Source of the DNA: Octopus sinensis
Lineage: Eukaryota
Assembly (NCBI RefSeq): GCF_006345805.1
Contig: NC_043013.1
Span: 10,416,001 to 10,480,000, forward strand
DNA: 64,000 nt
Direction: 5' to 3'
Below are positions 39,363-51,917 of this stretch, in pieces. The notes beneath the pieces are model-generated. The model had not been told where the DNA came from and searched no databases. It saw nothing but the letters and a program-made list of their open reading frames with translations. Every line of letters begins with the position of its first letter. Position 1 is the stretch's first letter. A program made the translations under genes and the position numbers.

Positions 39363-39560
39363 ATTTATTATATAGAAGGAGCTTCTACAGGACTAGAACT
39401 GTTTCATTCAAGAGAAATCTTCAGGAAGCTTCCTGAAGATTTCTCTTGAATGAAACAGTTCTAGTCCTGTAGAAGCTCCTTCTATATAATAAATTAATTT
39501 ACTCTGCTATGTATTGAGTACCTTATTTATGTGGTTAACCCCGAATCAACCGGGACCTAC
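39363..39560. mobile_element. Palindromic HHR-bearing mini-element, copy 2 (perfect 132-bp palindrome 39363-39494 plus tail)
   Basis: Arms are exact reverse complements about the axis AAG|CTT; HHR on both strands. Confidence 0.9.
39426..39477 (+). ncRNA. Type I HHR (mirror copy on the minus strand), cleavage predicted after 39471
   Basis: AGCUUC-CUGAAGA-UUUC(UCUU)GAAU-GAAA-CAG(UUCUAGUC)CUG-UA-GAAGCU. Confidence 0.8.
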
Positions 39561-39658
39561 ATATATAATATATATATATATATATATTATATTGGTAAAA
39601 ACGGTAAGATAACAAAAGAAAGAAAGAGACATCAATATTATGTAAATAGAGGAATTCA

Positions 39659-39695
<37 letters not shown>

Positions 39696-39746
39696 AATAT
39701 TAAATTTCTAAATATTTCATAGAGGTATGTGCGGTGGTGGAGCGAT

Positions 39747-39995
39747 AGAGTGGTTGTATACTGTCAACTTAACGTGACAGTCCCGTAAAGGGAATTACAT
39801 ACCGCTATTTAGCCCTAGGAAGCATCGACGCTTCCTGTCGGCCTTGACACATTTCCTGTGTCTTTATATTTTTACGAAGGACAGACAAACACCCCCAACA
39901 GCTAGGCCTGCGTCGATGCTTCCTAGGGCTAAATAGCGGTGATGTAATTCCCTTTACGGGACTGTCACGTTAAGTTGACAGTATACAACCACTCT
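39747..39995. repeat. Inverted repeat, arms about 85 bp, 78-bp spacer
   Basis: AGAGTGGTTGTATACTGTC...GCATCGACGC versus GCGTCGATGC...GACAGTATACAACCACTCT. Confidence 0.88.
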
Positions 39996-40062
39996 CTCTC
40001 TCTCTCTCTCACTCTCACTCTCTATCTCTCTCTCTCTATATATATATATATGTATATATATG

Positions 40063-40109
<47 letters not shown>

Positions 40110-40139
40110 GTATATGTATGTATATATATATATATATAT

Positions 40140-40335
40140 ATTTATTTTATAGAAGGAGCTTCTACAGGACTAGAACTGTTTCATTCAAAAGAAATCATCA
40201 GGAAGCTCCTGATGATTTCTTTTGAATGAAACAGTTCTAGTCCTGTAGAAGCTCCTTCTATAAAATAAATTAATTTACTCTGCTATGTATTGAGTACCTT
40301 ATTTACTGTGGTTAACCCCGACTCAACCCGGGACC

Positions 40336-40340
<5 letters not shown>
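40140..40340. mobile_element. Palindromic HHR-bearing mini-element, copy 3 (3-nt spacer)
   Basis: Arms 40140-40203 and 40207-40270; same tail as copies 1 and 2. Confidence 0.9.
40154..40210 (-). ncRNA. Type I HHR with perfect 9-bp stem I
   Basis: AGGAGCUUC-CUGAUGA-UUUC(UUUU)GAAU-GAAA-CAG(UUCUAGUC)CUG-UA-GAAGCUCCU. Confidence 0.82.
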
Positions 40341-40389
<49 letters not shown>

Positions 40390-40465
40390 TGTATATGCAT
40401 ATATACATATGCGTGTGTATGTGTGTGTATGTATGTATGTATATATGTATGTATGTATATATGCG

Positions 40466-40497
<32 letters not shown>

Positions 40498-40928
40498 GGA
40501 CACTTACCATTCGCGATGTTCATGCGCAAACATCGAATATTTTGGAGTGATTGAACTAAAATTGTTCTAATACCGGCCAACCTTTATTGATTTTGTTGCG
40601 TAGCAACATATCAGGGCTGATCTTGCAAATTAATCAATTTATCAAAGCGTTCTCACCGTGAACATCACGACATTATTTTTTTTAAAGGAACATACCAAAT
40701 GCTTTATTTCTATTCAGCGATTGAAAAACTTATTTGAAAGGATTTTAGCCAGACAAATTAGCAGAAGGGGAAGCATTTCTCACTATCTCACAATAACCTT
40801 AATCTTATTCTGTGCCGTCTGCAAAATACACACACACAAACTTACAATCACGCATACAGTGGCAGTGATATAATTTATATATATATATATATATATTTAA
40901 AAAAAGGAGATGTCGAACACGAGTGGTG

Positions 40929-41146
40929 ATATATAAAAAAGGAAATGAAGAAAATGCTGACAAATAATTGAAGTAATTTAAGTAATTTATTAGGTGAAAG
41001 TTCTTTTTACCGGTTGCGCATTTGTTATGCTTATCAAAATATTTTGATAAGCATAACAAATGCGCAACCGGTAAAAAGAACTTTCACCTAATTAAATTAC
41101 TTAAATTACTTCAATTATTTGTCAGCATTTTCTTCATTTCCTTTTT

Positions 41147-41154
<8 letters not shown>
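40929..41154. mobile_element. Zero-spacer palindrome of about 226 bp with a decayed HHR on both strands
   Basis: Axis CAAAAT|ATTTTG, one indel between arms; UUGAUAA-GCAU(AACAA)AUGC-GCAA-CCGGU-A-AAAAG; ORFs 40805(-) and 41022(+) share an identical N-terminus. Confidence 0.85.
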
Positions 41155-41177
<23 letters not shown>

Positions 41178-41466
41178 TATTTGTTATTTATGTATTGGTT
41201 TATGTCTATCACTGATTGAGTTGCATAATAGTGGTTTTATCGCTAATTGATATTATATATATATATATATATATATAACAAACAACGTTGATAGTTCTAA
41301 GTAGTAGTAAGTATTAACTGTATTGAAATGTAATGGCTATTCTCTATAGTTATAGTTAACCAGCAGGAGGAGGTGTCTCCTGGGGTTATAAAGAGTTGTA
41401 ACATTCTTCTGTGCAGAACAACCACACTGTGGTGTTAACGACCATTACTTTATGTGTGTGTGTGTG

Positions 41467-41810
41467 TGTGGCTGTGTGGTAAGAAGCTTGCTTCCCATCC
41501 ACCTGGATTTTGGCTCAGTCCCACTGGGCAAGTGTCTTTTACTATAAATTCGGGCCAACCAAAGCCTTGTGAGTGGATTTAGTAGACGGAAAAAAGTCCG
41601 TCATATACACGCGCGCGCGCGCGTTTGTCTGTGTTTGTCCCTCAACCATCGCTTTACAACTGATGCTGATGTGTTTATGTCCCCGTTTATGGCGGTTCGG
41701 CCTAAGAAACCGATAGAATAAGTACTAGGCTTACAAAGAATAAGTCCTGGGGTCGATTTGTTCAACTAAATCCGGTGCTCCAGCATTGCCGCAGTCCAAT
41801 GATTGAAACG
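41467..41810 (+). mobile_element. SINE family A, degenerate
   Basis: GGCTGTGTGGTAAGAAGC...GAATAAGTCCTGGGGTCGATTTG. Confidence 0.8.
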
Positions 41811-42551
41811 TGTTGGGGTGGGCGAGTATGAATTATCTTTTAGTTTCAGCCACTGAACTACGGCTATGTTGGGGCAAAGCTTTGAGGCGTTGCAATAGAA
41901 TATATCATTACTAGCATTTAATATTTTTAAAGTCCGGTGATTATTTTATCAGTCGCTTTTCTCGCATTGGTATGTAATGTGCGGAAAACAAATCAATACC
42001 TATTATCAGGTTTTAGACTGATAGACGCAAGCAAAAATCGCTTACAAAGTGATACACACATATATATATGCACATATATACCCAAACATACAAACACATA
42101 TGCAGATAACATATCCACATACACACAGGTATACACAGATATGACAAATATTATACGACGGGTTACCTTCAGTTTCCTTCCAACAAATCCCCTCACAAGG
42201 CTTTAATCGGCACGGAGCTATATAAAAATATTTGTCCAAGGTGCCAGAGTGGTACTGAACCCAGAACCATGTGGCTTGTTCGAAGCATCTTATGTAAATA
42301 TCTGATGTCGCTGATATATATATTCCTACGCAATACCCACAGAGTGATGTCAAGATCCTGCCTGCATCCCTCTACCATGATATGTGCACAACGTGGAGCT
42401 AGCGACGAGACAAAATAAAAAAAATTTTTCTAGGACTAATCCTACAGCATAAGGACTTATCTCGTCCGTATACACCTGAACGTGCTATTGCTTTGATAGC
42501 ACGAATAACTACGACATAGACTGACTAATGAAGGCCTAAATACAGAGAAAA

Positions 42552-42948
42552 TCTTTATATATAAAAGAGAGGTTGTGTGCTGTCTGTCTCCTACGATTTA
42601 GATTCCTAACTACTCCCACATTTTGCGGTGCAGTTTAACCAAAACCGGGTATCTTATAGTCGTGATTCATATCGAGCCCTTCTGGGTATTAGCGCGCGTC
42701 TACGATGAGTCTACGATTAAAAAACAAATTACCATCAATTTTTCCCATTTTTAATGCATGTTTGGCATATATAAGGGAAGTAACTCTCTAAAAATTTATT
42801 ATTAAATCTCAGAACGTAAAAAGCTACTGTAACACCCCCCCACTTTGTGGTTAGCCATATTGAGATGGCTATTATACTTTACATCTCTAAAAATGCTTAT
42901 ATAGTTATTTCCCTTACAAACCCGAGCAACGCCGGGCGACACTGCTAG
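42552..42948 (+). mobile_element. Non-autonomous Helitron
   Basis: A|TC 5' end (TCTTTATATATAAAAG), subterminal hairpin CCCGAGCAACGCCGGG, 3' CTAG|T. Confidence 0.85.
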
Positions 42949-43361
42949 TATTCTATATTTCTTTTACTTCACTCTGTTGTATCTCCGAACATTTGATCCG
43001 GCCACGAGCATACTCCATTCATTAACTATAAATAATATGAAAGTCAGCAGAACTATTATTCTGACATGGAATTCTCAATACATGTATTCAGTGCGATTTG
43101 CTTTCGTTTTATCGCTCACATGCACATTCATATACATGTACAGATATGTTTGTGTATGTGCGTATAAGTATATATATATATATATATACATACATATGTG
43201 TGTATGAATGTATATGTGGCTCGATTTCAGTATATACGTATACATACGTCTAATTATTCTTAATGCCAGATGCTTTATTTTAACATATTCTTATTTCTAA
43301 TAAGCATGTCTGTGGATGCATATAGGTATATGAGTGACTACATATATTTATGTCTGCGTAT

Positions 43362-43422
<61 letters not shown>

Positions 43423-45199
43423 TGTCCTTACTTATTACAAGCATACATACACCAAGATCAATACATATAAATACATATGTATATTTAGTCTTGTTCCAAG
43501 ATATTATTTTGTTTAACGTATGCATATTTGTGATAACTGTCCAGCACATATTCAAAAATGATCTCCAAGATAATCCTTAGTCATAAAGAATTTTCGTTTT
43601 AAATTTACTTCTCTTGCAGTTTATATCTTTTCGTTTTCCATTTATACTTCCATGTTACAAAGAACAAAAGGAAAAACCAAGTAAAAAATATTGGAACGAA
43701 TAACCTTGACGTTAGTCTCCTTAATGTGACTTATTGAAGAATTTTGACACCGCTGATACCAATTCTTTATAGAGAAACATGAGTTAATATTTATGATTGA
43801 GCGATTATCATATAAATGGTATGTATTTAACAGCAGACTGGCGTTATGAAAAAAAAAAAAAGGAATTTATTTTAATACAAAACGAAAAAAATTATAAAAA
43901 TGAAAGGAAAATCGAGTGGGGGTGAGAGATAAAGGATTTTTCGATTTTTGGCACCTGGCGGCAGAAAGCATCAACCGTTATGAAGACACCTGAGAACAAA
44001 GCAAAAAAAATCAATGATTCTAAATGATGTCTCTGGCACAGTGTTGTGTCAAATGTATTAAGACGACAAGCAACCCGGTCCGTCCAGTGAGCTTGCAAAA
44101 CTGTCATATGCTAGAAACAATGAAACAGAGGTACAAATGCGTTTTGGTACACCTTATTCGACATCATAAAAAATGTCACCAAAAATAAAAAAATATTTTT
44201 AAAAATGACCCCTTATTCGACATCAGGCATTTTAATAGTTTTTCATCCAGTCTCTCTCTCTCTCTCTCACTCTCTCTCTCTCACGGTATGTCCTTCAATT
44301 TCACTCTGTTCATGTGAGTGAGCATGTTTCTGTTAATATGTATAAAGAGAGTGAATGCGTTATGTCAGCACTGTTCAGTTCATAAATTGTAACCTCTCTC
44401 TCTCTCTCTCTCACACATACACTCCTTTTTCTCTGTCTCTCCCACGACTCCCACTTTCCTTCTCCGCTTACCTCTCCCTCTCTCACTCTTTCTATTTATA
44501 TGTGAATATTCTGATTGCGCACACCTCCATGTGTATGCGTGGGTGTATTTGCCACCAGTGCCAAAAACTACTTTTTGGCACTGGGTGAATGTCTAAAATG
44601 AATATTATGCCTGCCGTTTGATTTTTCTAGACGGATGTTCTTGCTGTTCTTGGTGATCATCTCCAGGTCAATTCCTGATCAGATCTGATTAAACAGATCT
44701 ATGGTCACTAGCATTGCTATGGTTTATTAATTAATTAATTAATTTATTTATTTATTTATTTATTTATTTATGTCTTTTCTCACATCTTCAGGTGAAAATC
44801 AGAAGTGTCATTTATCAATTTTATAACTATATAAATTTAGTGTTACGTAATTCTAAATACAGGAAGCTTAAAATATGTAGTGTTACGTAATCCTAAATAC
44901 AGGAAACTTAAAATGAGTAGTGTCATATAAGTCAACGCCGAATAAATAATGCCAAATAGACGGCGCCAAAGCTGCTACGCCAAAACGTCACCTATTCCTT
45001 CGTTGATTTCACCTTTGTTGTGGAAGGTGCTGTGGTGAATCGGGCACCAAATTTTCTTCCGGGCCATCGCTGAAATAAATGATGACTCAATACATTATAC
45101 TATTCAGATTGCATATATGACGATTACTTAGTGTAAGCATTCCAGTCAGCCTTTTAGCTATCACGCTTCTGGATTACCTTTCACCCAGCATTGCATAGT

Positions 45200-45440
45200 G
45201 AAGATGCGTAGTCTAATGGTTAGGATATTTGTACTCACAGTCAGAAGGTTGTGGTTTCGATTCCCTGACCGGGTGTATTGCATTGCGTTCTTGAGTAAAA
45301 ACATTTCTTTTCAACTTACTATAGTGCACTCAGCTGTAAAAGAATGACTCGGTGATGAACTGGAGTCTCCATGCGGTGGGCAATGTTGAGGTTACAGTCA
45401 TCTTGGAAACAGGGAAGCCGGTCCTATGACTGGAGATAGG
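45200..45440 (+). mobile_element. Degenerate tRNA-derived SINE (C/D-type head)
   Basis: TAATGGTTAGG...GGTTTCGATTCCCTGACCGGG...GTTCTTGAGTAAAAACA. Confidence 0.65.
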
Positions 45441-46510
45441 TGTGGGTGATGATAATGATGATGATGATGATGATGATGATGATTATGATGACGACGACAA
45501 TAACGATGAGGTGATGACGATAATGACGATGACGATGACGACGACAACGACGACGATGATGACAACGACGACGATGATGATGATGAACACTGCATACCGA
45601 GAAACATAATAATCAAACTTGTTCTTACTTCTGCTTTAAGACAACAAAGGAAATAGGATATTAATGAACATAGTCGGTTATTTCTAGCAAATCTACCCGC
45701 TCGGGAGGGTGCCTCGTTGACTCATTGATTGTATGTACAGCAAATAAAAAGAAACCGCATGAACAGTATTAAGCATCTGGCGTTTAATTACCCATCTTTA
45801 ATGTTAGTGCATACTATTTGTCTTTCAAGTCCTTTTTCAGGGCATCGCGTTTTTGCTCGTATTTTTCAAAGTTAAAGCTGTCGTTCAGTACGTGTTGTTG
45901 AAATGGATGAATTACATGCAGTACCGTAGTGCATAATTATATGGAAACTGTCTTGGTTATTTGAAATATGAATATACTTATGGTAATTGAACCAATGTTG
46001 TTGACATCATAATGACGCAATGCATATATACATGCATGCATACATGCATACATGCACACATACATACATACATACATACATACATACATACATACATGCG
46101 TACATGCACACTCACTTACATACATACATTCAATAATAAAGAGAAAGAACATCCAGCTTTCATATCCCGATTACAAATTTACACTGATTCAAATATTAAT
46201 TGGAACACTGGCTCTCTGGATAATCAATCAACTGATTGGTATATTACAAATGCAATCTGTAAGCGGAACGGTAATACTATGTAAAACTTTTCTCAAGTTT
46301 AAAATGTGACATGGTTTTCACTATCTACATTCCAGAGATGGATATTTGTATCTTTGTTAGAAACCAGATCCTTCTTCAGGGAACGAATATAAATGCTTCG
46401 ATACAGAAGAGACATACTTATATACATTCATACATACATAAATACACACACACACACATACGTACAAATATGCATATATGCATGCATACATACATACATA
46501 CATACATACA

Positions 46511-46544
<34 letters not shown>

Positions 46545-46989
46545 CATAGATGCATACAGACATGTATTATCTATACCCATATATATGCTTATATTAGCTT
46601 TTGTGAAGGTGTGAACTTACTCATTTGTTTGTGTGCGTATATATCATTCATACATATATATGTATGTGAGTGAAAAATCAGAGAACACACACACAGACAC
46701 GCACACACACTCCGAAGCACATATATATTTATATAAATGAAGGGTAGGACAGAAAAGCATAATAGACGATAGCACGACAACCGGCAAAGAGGACAAAAAT
46801 AAGATACATAGATTATTCGCAGCCGATATCCTCATATATATATACACCTGTTGTTAATGTCCTGTTGTTTGTATTTGTAATTGTGTACCATTTCTCCGTT
46901 TTTTTTTCTTTTCGTCCTCGTTTTCATATACATTCGCTTGCTTTCCACCAAAGATACTAGTACTCTTAGCTTAGATTTTCTTGAGGCCG

Positions 46990-47160
46990 TCCAGATTAGA
47001 GCATTCTCGAGATTAAACGGTCGAAATTGCGAAGACGATCTGCTCCTCGACTGAAGATTGAAATCTCCGAATGTCCCGTCCTTTTTTGTATCCTCTGTCT
47101 GTCCGGATGTGTTGTTGTCGCTTGTTACGTTCTTGTTCCATTTTGTGCTTTGATTCATAT
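46990..47160 (+). repeat. Dispersed repeat, second copy inverted at about 61590-61705
   Basis: GAAATTGCGAAGACGATC...CTGAAGATTGAA...GAATGTCC; ORF peptides FNLQSRSRSSSQFRP and FNLQSRTGSSSQFRS correspond. Confidence 0.75.
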
Positions 47161-47165
47161 ATATA

Positions 47166-48181
47166 TCTTTATATATATAAAACTGAGAATGTGTGTCTGT
47201 CTGTGTTTTTCCCTAAAACTTCAGAACTACACAACCAATTTCATTCAAATTTTACACATGCCTTACTTATGGTCCATGTAGTTTCATGGGCCAAAAAAAT
47301 GTTCAACTTCTTGCCTAGAGCGAGCCCATAGCAATATCATATCTTCTCCACTATTTCAGTATTACGTGTTAAAAGTGAAACAAAACCATTTCTCTATTTT
47401 ATGTCAGATACTTTCACTTTAACATTAAAATAATAATAACAATTGAATTATATGTAGTAAGTAAAATTAAAAATCAAAATTAAAGTATAAATAATCGTAA
47501 CATAACAAAAGTAAAAAAGAGCATTGGTATAAAATTGCTTCAATGACTTGAAATTGAATAAGTGGTTTCACATGAATGGGAATAAATTAAGAATATAATT
47601 AGCGTGCAGAAATGGAATAGTCCAGATGGATAATAAAAAAGTAAATTAAAGAAAAGACTATTGCGTATAAAGTATACAATGTAGAGAAAAAAGGAGATTT
47701 GAACACATGGAGGAAAGCACCTTCAAAAAGTGTCTTGGTGCGACTATGAAAGATATCTAACTAGAGGCGGTAAATTCGCCACAATAGAAGCAAGGTTCGA
47801 GTCAACGAAACGTGCAAGGGAGTACTCGACTCGAACTGGCAAAGTGGAAATATTTTATTTTCACCTTTATATCTGTGACGTAGGACGTCCCGGAAAAAAT
47901 TTTTAATGCTCCCCCCCACCTAGAAGTAGAGGTAGACTGGATTGTAGCCACACTTCTATAGAAGAGGGTGGACAAGATACAATTGATCCAAATTACAAGA
48001 GACGGGCTAACAATTCCAGTCTTTTATATATTTTGAGTATTGTTATCACTAGCGATATCAAGATATAATTTTGCATTTTGTATTTTGTGTAGATGTATAT
48101 ATATAGATGTACATGTAATATGTACACATATATACATGCACTAGCACTATGACCCGGCCAACGACGGGTCTTTAATGCTAG
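47166..48181 (+). mobile_element. Probable non-autonomous Helitron, about 1 kb
   Basis: A|TCTTTATATATATAAAA 5' end similar to 42552; 3' hairpin GACCCG...CGGGTC then CTAG|T; linkage of the two ends is inferred. Confidence 0.65.
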
Positions 48182-48220
48182 TATATATATATATATATAG
48201 ATATATATATATATATATAT

Positions 48221-48710
48221 AGGTATTTCGTCTGCCGTTACGTTCTGAGTTTCAAATTCCGCCGAGGTCGAATTGCTTACATTCTTTCGGGGTCGAGTTT
48301 AAATAAGTACCAGATACGCACTGGGGTCGAATAATCGACTTAATCCGTTTGTCTGTCTTTGTTTGTCCCTCTGTGTTTAGCCCATTTTGGGGTAGTAAAG
48401 AAACAGGTATTTCGTCTGCCGCTACGTCTGAGTTCAAATTCCGCCGAGGTCGACTTTGCCTTTCATCCTTTCGGAGTCGATCATTTAAATACCAGTTGCG
48501 TACTGGAGTCGATCTAATCGACTGGCCTCCTCCACACTAATTTTTGATCTTGTGCCTAGAGTATAAAAGAATATATAGAGATCGAAAGGCGGCGAGCTGA
48601 CAGAAACGTTAGCACGCTGGACGCAACGCTATGCGTACTGGGGTCGATCTAATCGACTGGTCCCCACCCCATTAATTTCGGGCCTTGTGCCTAGAGTAGA
48701 AAAGAATATT
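48221..48710 (+). mobile_element. Three tandem SINE B copies
   Basis: Units at about 48221, 48404 and 48588; the third lacks its central module. Confidence 0.85.
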
Positions 48711-49137
48711 AAGAAATGAAAAATATATAGATTGATGGATAACTAGATATAGAGATATGTTTTGAAATGTTTTGAAGATGCTTCCGGCTTCAGTTCATGA
48801 CTAGAATTTGATTTTATCACTCCAGAATGAGTATGAAAGTTTATTTATCAGGAATTGAACCCAAAACATAAAGAACCGGGAAAAAAAATCGCAAAATGTT
48901 ATAATATTTTTCTTTTTACTCTTTTGGCGTTTTAACTATACTACCAGTTCGATAAGCTGAATAGGTGGGTAAATAGGTAGTTAGATAAATAGATAGGTGG
49001 GAAGATAAATAGATTGTAAGATAAAGGGAAATAGCTAGACAAAAAAAGATAAGCAAAAGCAGATGGTGAGAGAGAGAGAAAGCTCGAGATAAAGAGACAG
49101 AGAGATAAGAGAAAGTAATACAAAAAGAGAAACAGAA

Positions 49138-49172
<35 letters not shown>

Positions 49173-49628
49173 AGGGGGGGGGGTATAGAAAAACTATTGA
49201 CTCCCAAGTATCATAATCATACCGTAAGATTATAGACTCAAAGCTGCAAGTTTTAAATTTAAAAAAACCATTAAACTTTCAAAAGAAAAAGTAAAGAAAA
49301 AGGAGAGAAAAATAAGGAATAAATAAAAGGAACCAATATTCTTTAGTTTTAAATTTTACGATTCATGGTGCCTGATGCTCCCCTCTTAATGGGAAGTCTT
49401 AAACGGTGCCGTATAAATCTTATCCAGCGTAGAGGTCATGCGCGAGGCGAAGATTAGACAGTTTAAGCAAACATTGACTGAGGAGGATAAGATATATGGT
49501 GGCTGTTAGTATTTATGCGGGGCGAGGGAAGCGGTGGAGACCATTGGTTTTGTGTTGCTTCGCTAAGTGGGAAAACCCATACGTTTTTTAATATTAAGCG
49601 TTGCTGATAGCAACAGCACGTACTTGGT

Positions 49629-49692
<64 letters not shown>

Positions 49693-49693
49693 G

Positions 49694-49756
<63 letters not shown>

Positions 49757-49763
49757 CAACAAC

Positions 49764-49794
<31 letters not shown>

Positions 49795-50079
49795 GGTAGA
49801 GAATATTTGACCTTCACACTAGTATATTGATTTCTTGCATATTTACATAAACGACATTCATTTTTGGGGGGATTTTTGTAAAGTGTGGAAAGGATATTGG
49901 AATATTATTCATTTTTTTTTGTTTGTAAGGTGTGTGAGTAAACACGTACAACTGAGGTGTGATTGCATCGTATTTGCGGGCATATTTGTTGTGTATGTTG
50001 AGTGAAGTGGCTGTTGTTTATGATAGTGAGTCCCAGAGCATTTGAAAAAGAAATATGTTTCCAGCCGTGACCATCAAGT

Positions 50080-50300
50080 GTGTTTGCCAGTACCACCTGA
50101 CTGACCCCGTTACGGTGGCACGTAAAAAGCACCCAATACACTCTCGGAGTGGTTGACGTTAGGAAGGATATCCAGCTGTTGAAACTCTGCCAGATCAAGA
50201 GAATTGGGGCCTGGTGCAGCCATCTCGTTTGCCAGCCCTCAGTCAAAATCGTCCAACCCATGCTAGCATGGAAACGGACATTAAACGATGATGATGATGG
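50080..50300 (+). mobile_element. 3' part of a SINE/LINE with an RTE-like tail ending in (GAT)n
   Basis: GGCACGTAAAAAGCACCC...GTTAGGAAGGATATCCAGCTG...CCATGCTAGCATGGAAACGGACATTAAACGATGATGATG. Confidence 0.7.
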
Positions 50301-51503
50301 TGATGATACCACAGTGTTCAATGTTCTCTTTCAGTAATTAACTATAAAACTGTGAAATTGGCTTTTGAGAACGTTTTGTTTAATAAAACATAAATAGAGT
50401 AAGCTACCACGGGTGTAACATAGTTAATTGAAACATTTTGATGAACTGGTCTGTTTATGCATTTATTTGGGTGGGTTGGCGAAACCATCAAGAAGAGTTT
50501 GAAACTAAAATGACCATCCACTAAATATAGCCAGAAACACACATAAAGTGGGCTATCACGAGTGTAACGGGGGAAAGCCCTTCAATACGTTTTTGAAACT
50601 AAAAAGACAAACCACTAGTTACAGCCAATTGAATGTTTAGGAAATTAAAAATCAAAATAGGAATGAATAGTGTTTTCATTAAAATAAATATGGCTATTAT
50701 ATCTGGCAAGTTAAGATAGCACAAAAATCATTCCCTTCTGGCTTCAAAATGAAGTTTACTTTTTAAAATTTGGAATTGTAAACGTGTCGAAAGATACGAG
50801 GGTTGAGAAATGTAGCTCTGTGCTGTAACATTCAAGCATTTGCCTTGACATATTTTGTCTATGTAACGCTTGATTGAAACGGAGATACACCATTGAAACA
50901 TAGAGCCTGTTTTGGCCATCTTATATTTTTAGCATTCAGTTTAATGCTAATTTATTCACATTATTTTAAATTTATCATGAATTCTCTTGTAGTTCAGAGA
51001 TTTTAATGATGTGATTCTTCATTTTTAGAATGACATTGTATGATAGGTGTGAGAGGCTGGATATGGCCAGTTTGAAACAAGGTAGAATGTTTAGGCCTGA
51101 TGTATCTGGATTAAATACTAAATGGCTTGAAATTGGTGGAGTCCTTATGCATTTGACAAAGAAGCACATTTATTGTTAAAGACAAATAATTTCTACAGAA
51201 AATGTAAAGATAAATTCTTTCATCCTAAGTTTGATCATTCACTATTCATATAGGAATTGCAGAACAGCAAAGAGAAAGAAATGCACGAACAAAATTGTAA
51301 TCATCGAGCAATTAGCATTTACTAAGCGCCAGAGAAATATCCTGCAGTGATCGACAAAAGAGATTTGTGTGTAATAATGCGCTGATATGAAATCAGAACA
51401 TATGATGGAGATACACACATATACATCCATACAAACATACATTCATACATATATAAATATATATAGATATGTGCATATATATATATATTGTAAATATACA
51501 TAC

Positions 51504-51541
<38 letters not shown>

Positions 51542-51554
51542 CATACATACATAG

Positions 51555-51585
<31 letters not shown>

Positions 51586-51874
51586 CATAAATATTATGTG
51601 TTGCGTGTTTGTATGTATGCATGCACATATATGTGCGCGTGTGTGTGTATGCGTGTGTGTGTGGTAATGAGCAAAAGAAAAAAAAGAAGTGGGTGTGTGT
51701 GTAATACATTGCCTTGCACGGGATTATTTCAACGCCCTACCGTTTCTACCACTCGCCCAACCTAACAAGCGATAAATTTTCTCACCCACCATTTTATTTA
51801 TTATTAGTTCACGTTATATGCATATAAAATACACACACGCACACATATGTGTTATATATATATAATATATATAT

Positions 51875-51917
<43 letters not shown>

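Noticed and set aside
44835-44920. Tandem duplication of about 41 nt
   Set aside because: Ordinary local slippage; only two units, not a CRISPR-like array
46975-47080. Possible HHR (GGCCGT/ACGGTC-GAAA, or CTGAAGA...GAAT-GTC)
   Set aside because: Core and stems I/III do not assemble in either register and are not preserved in the 61590-61705 copy
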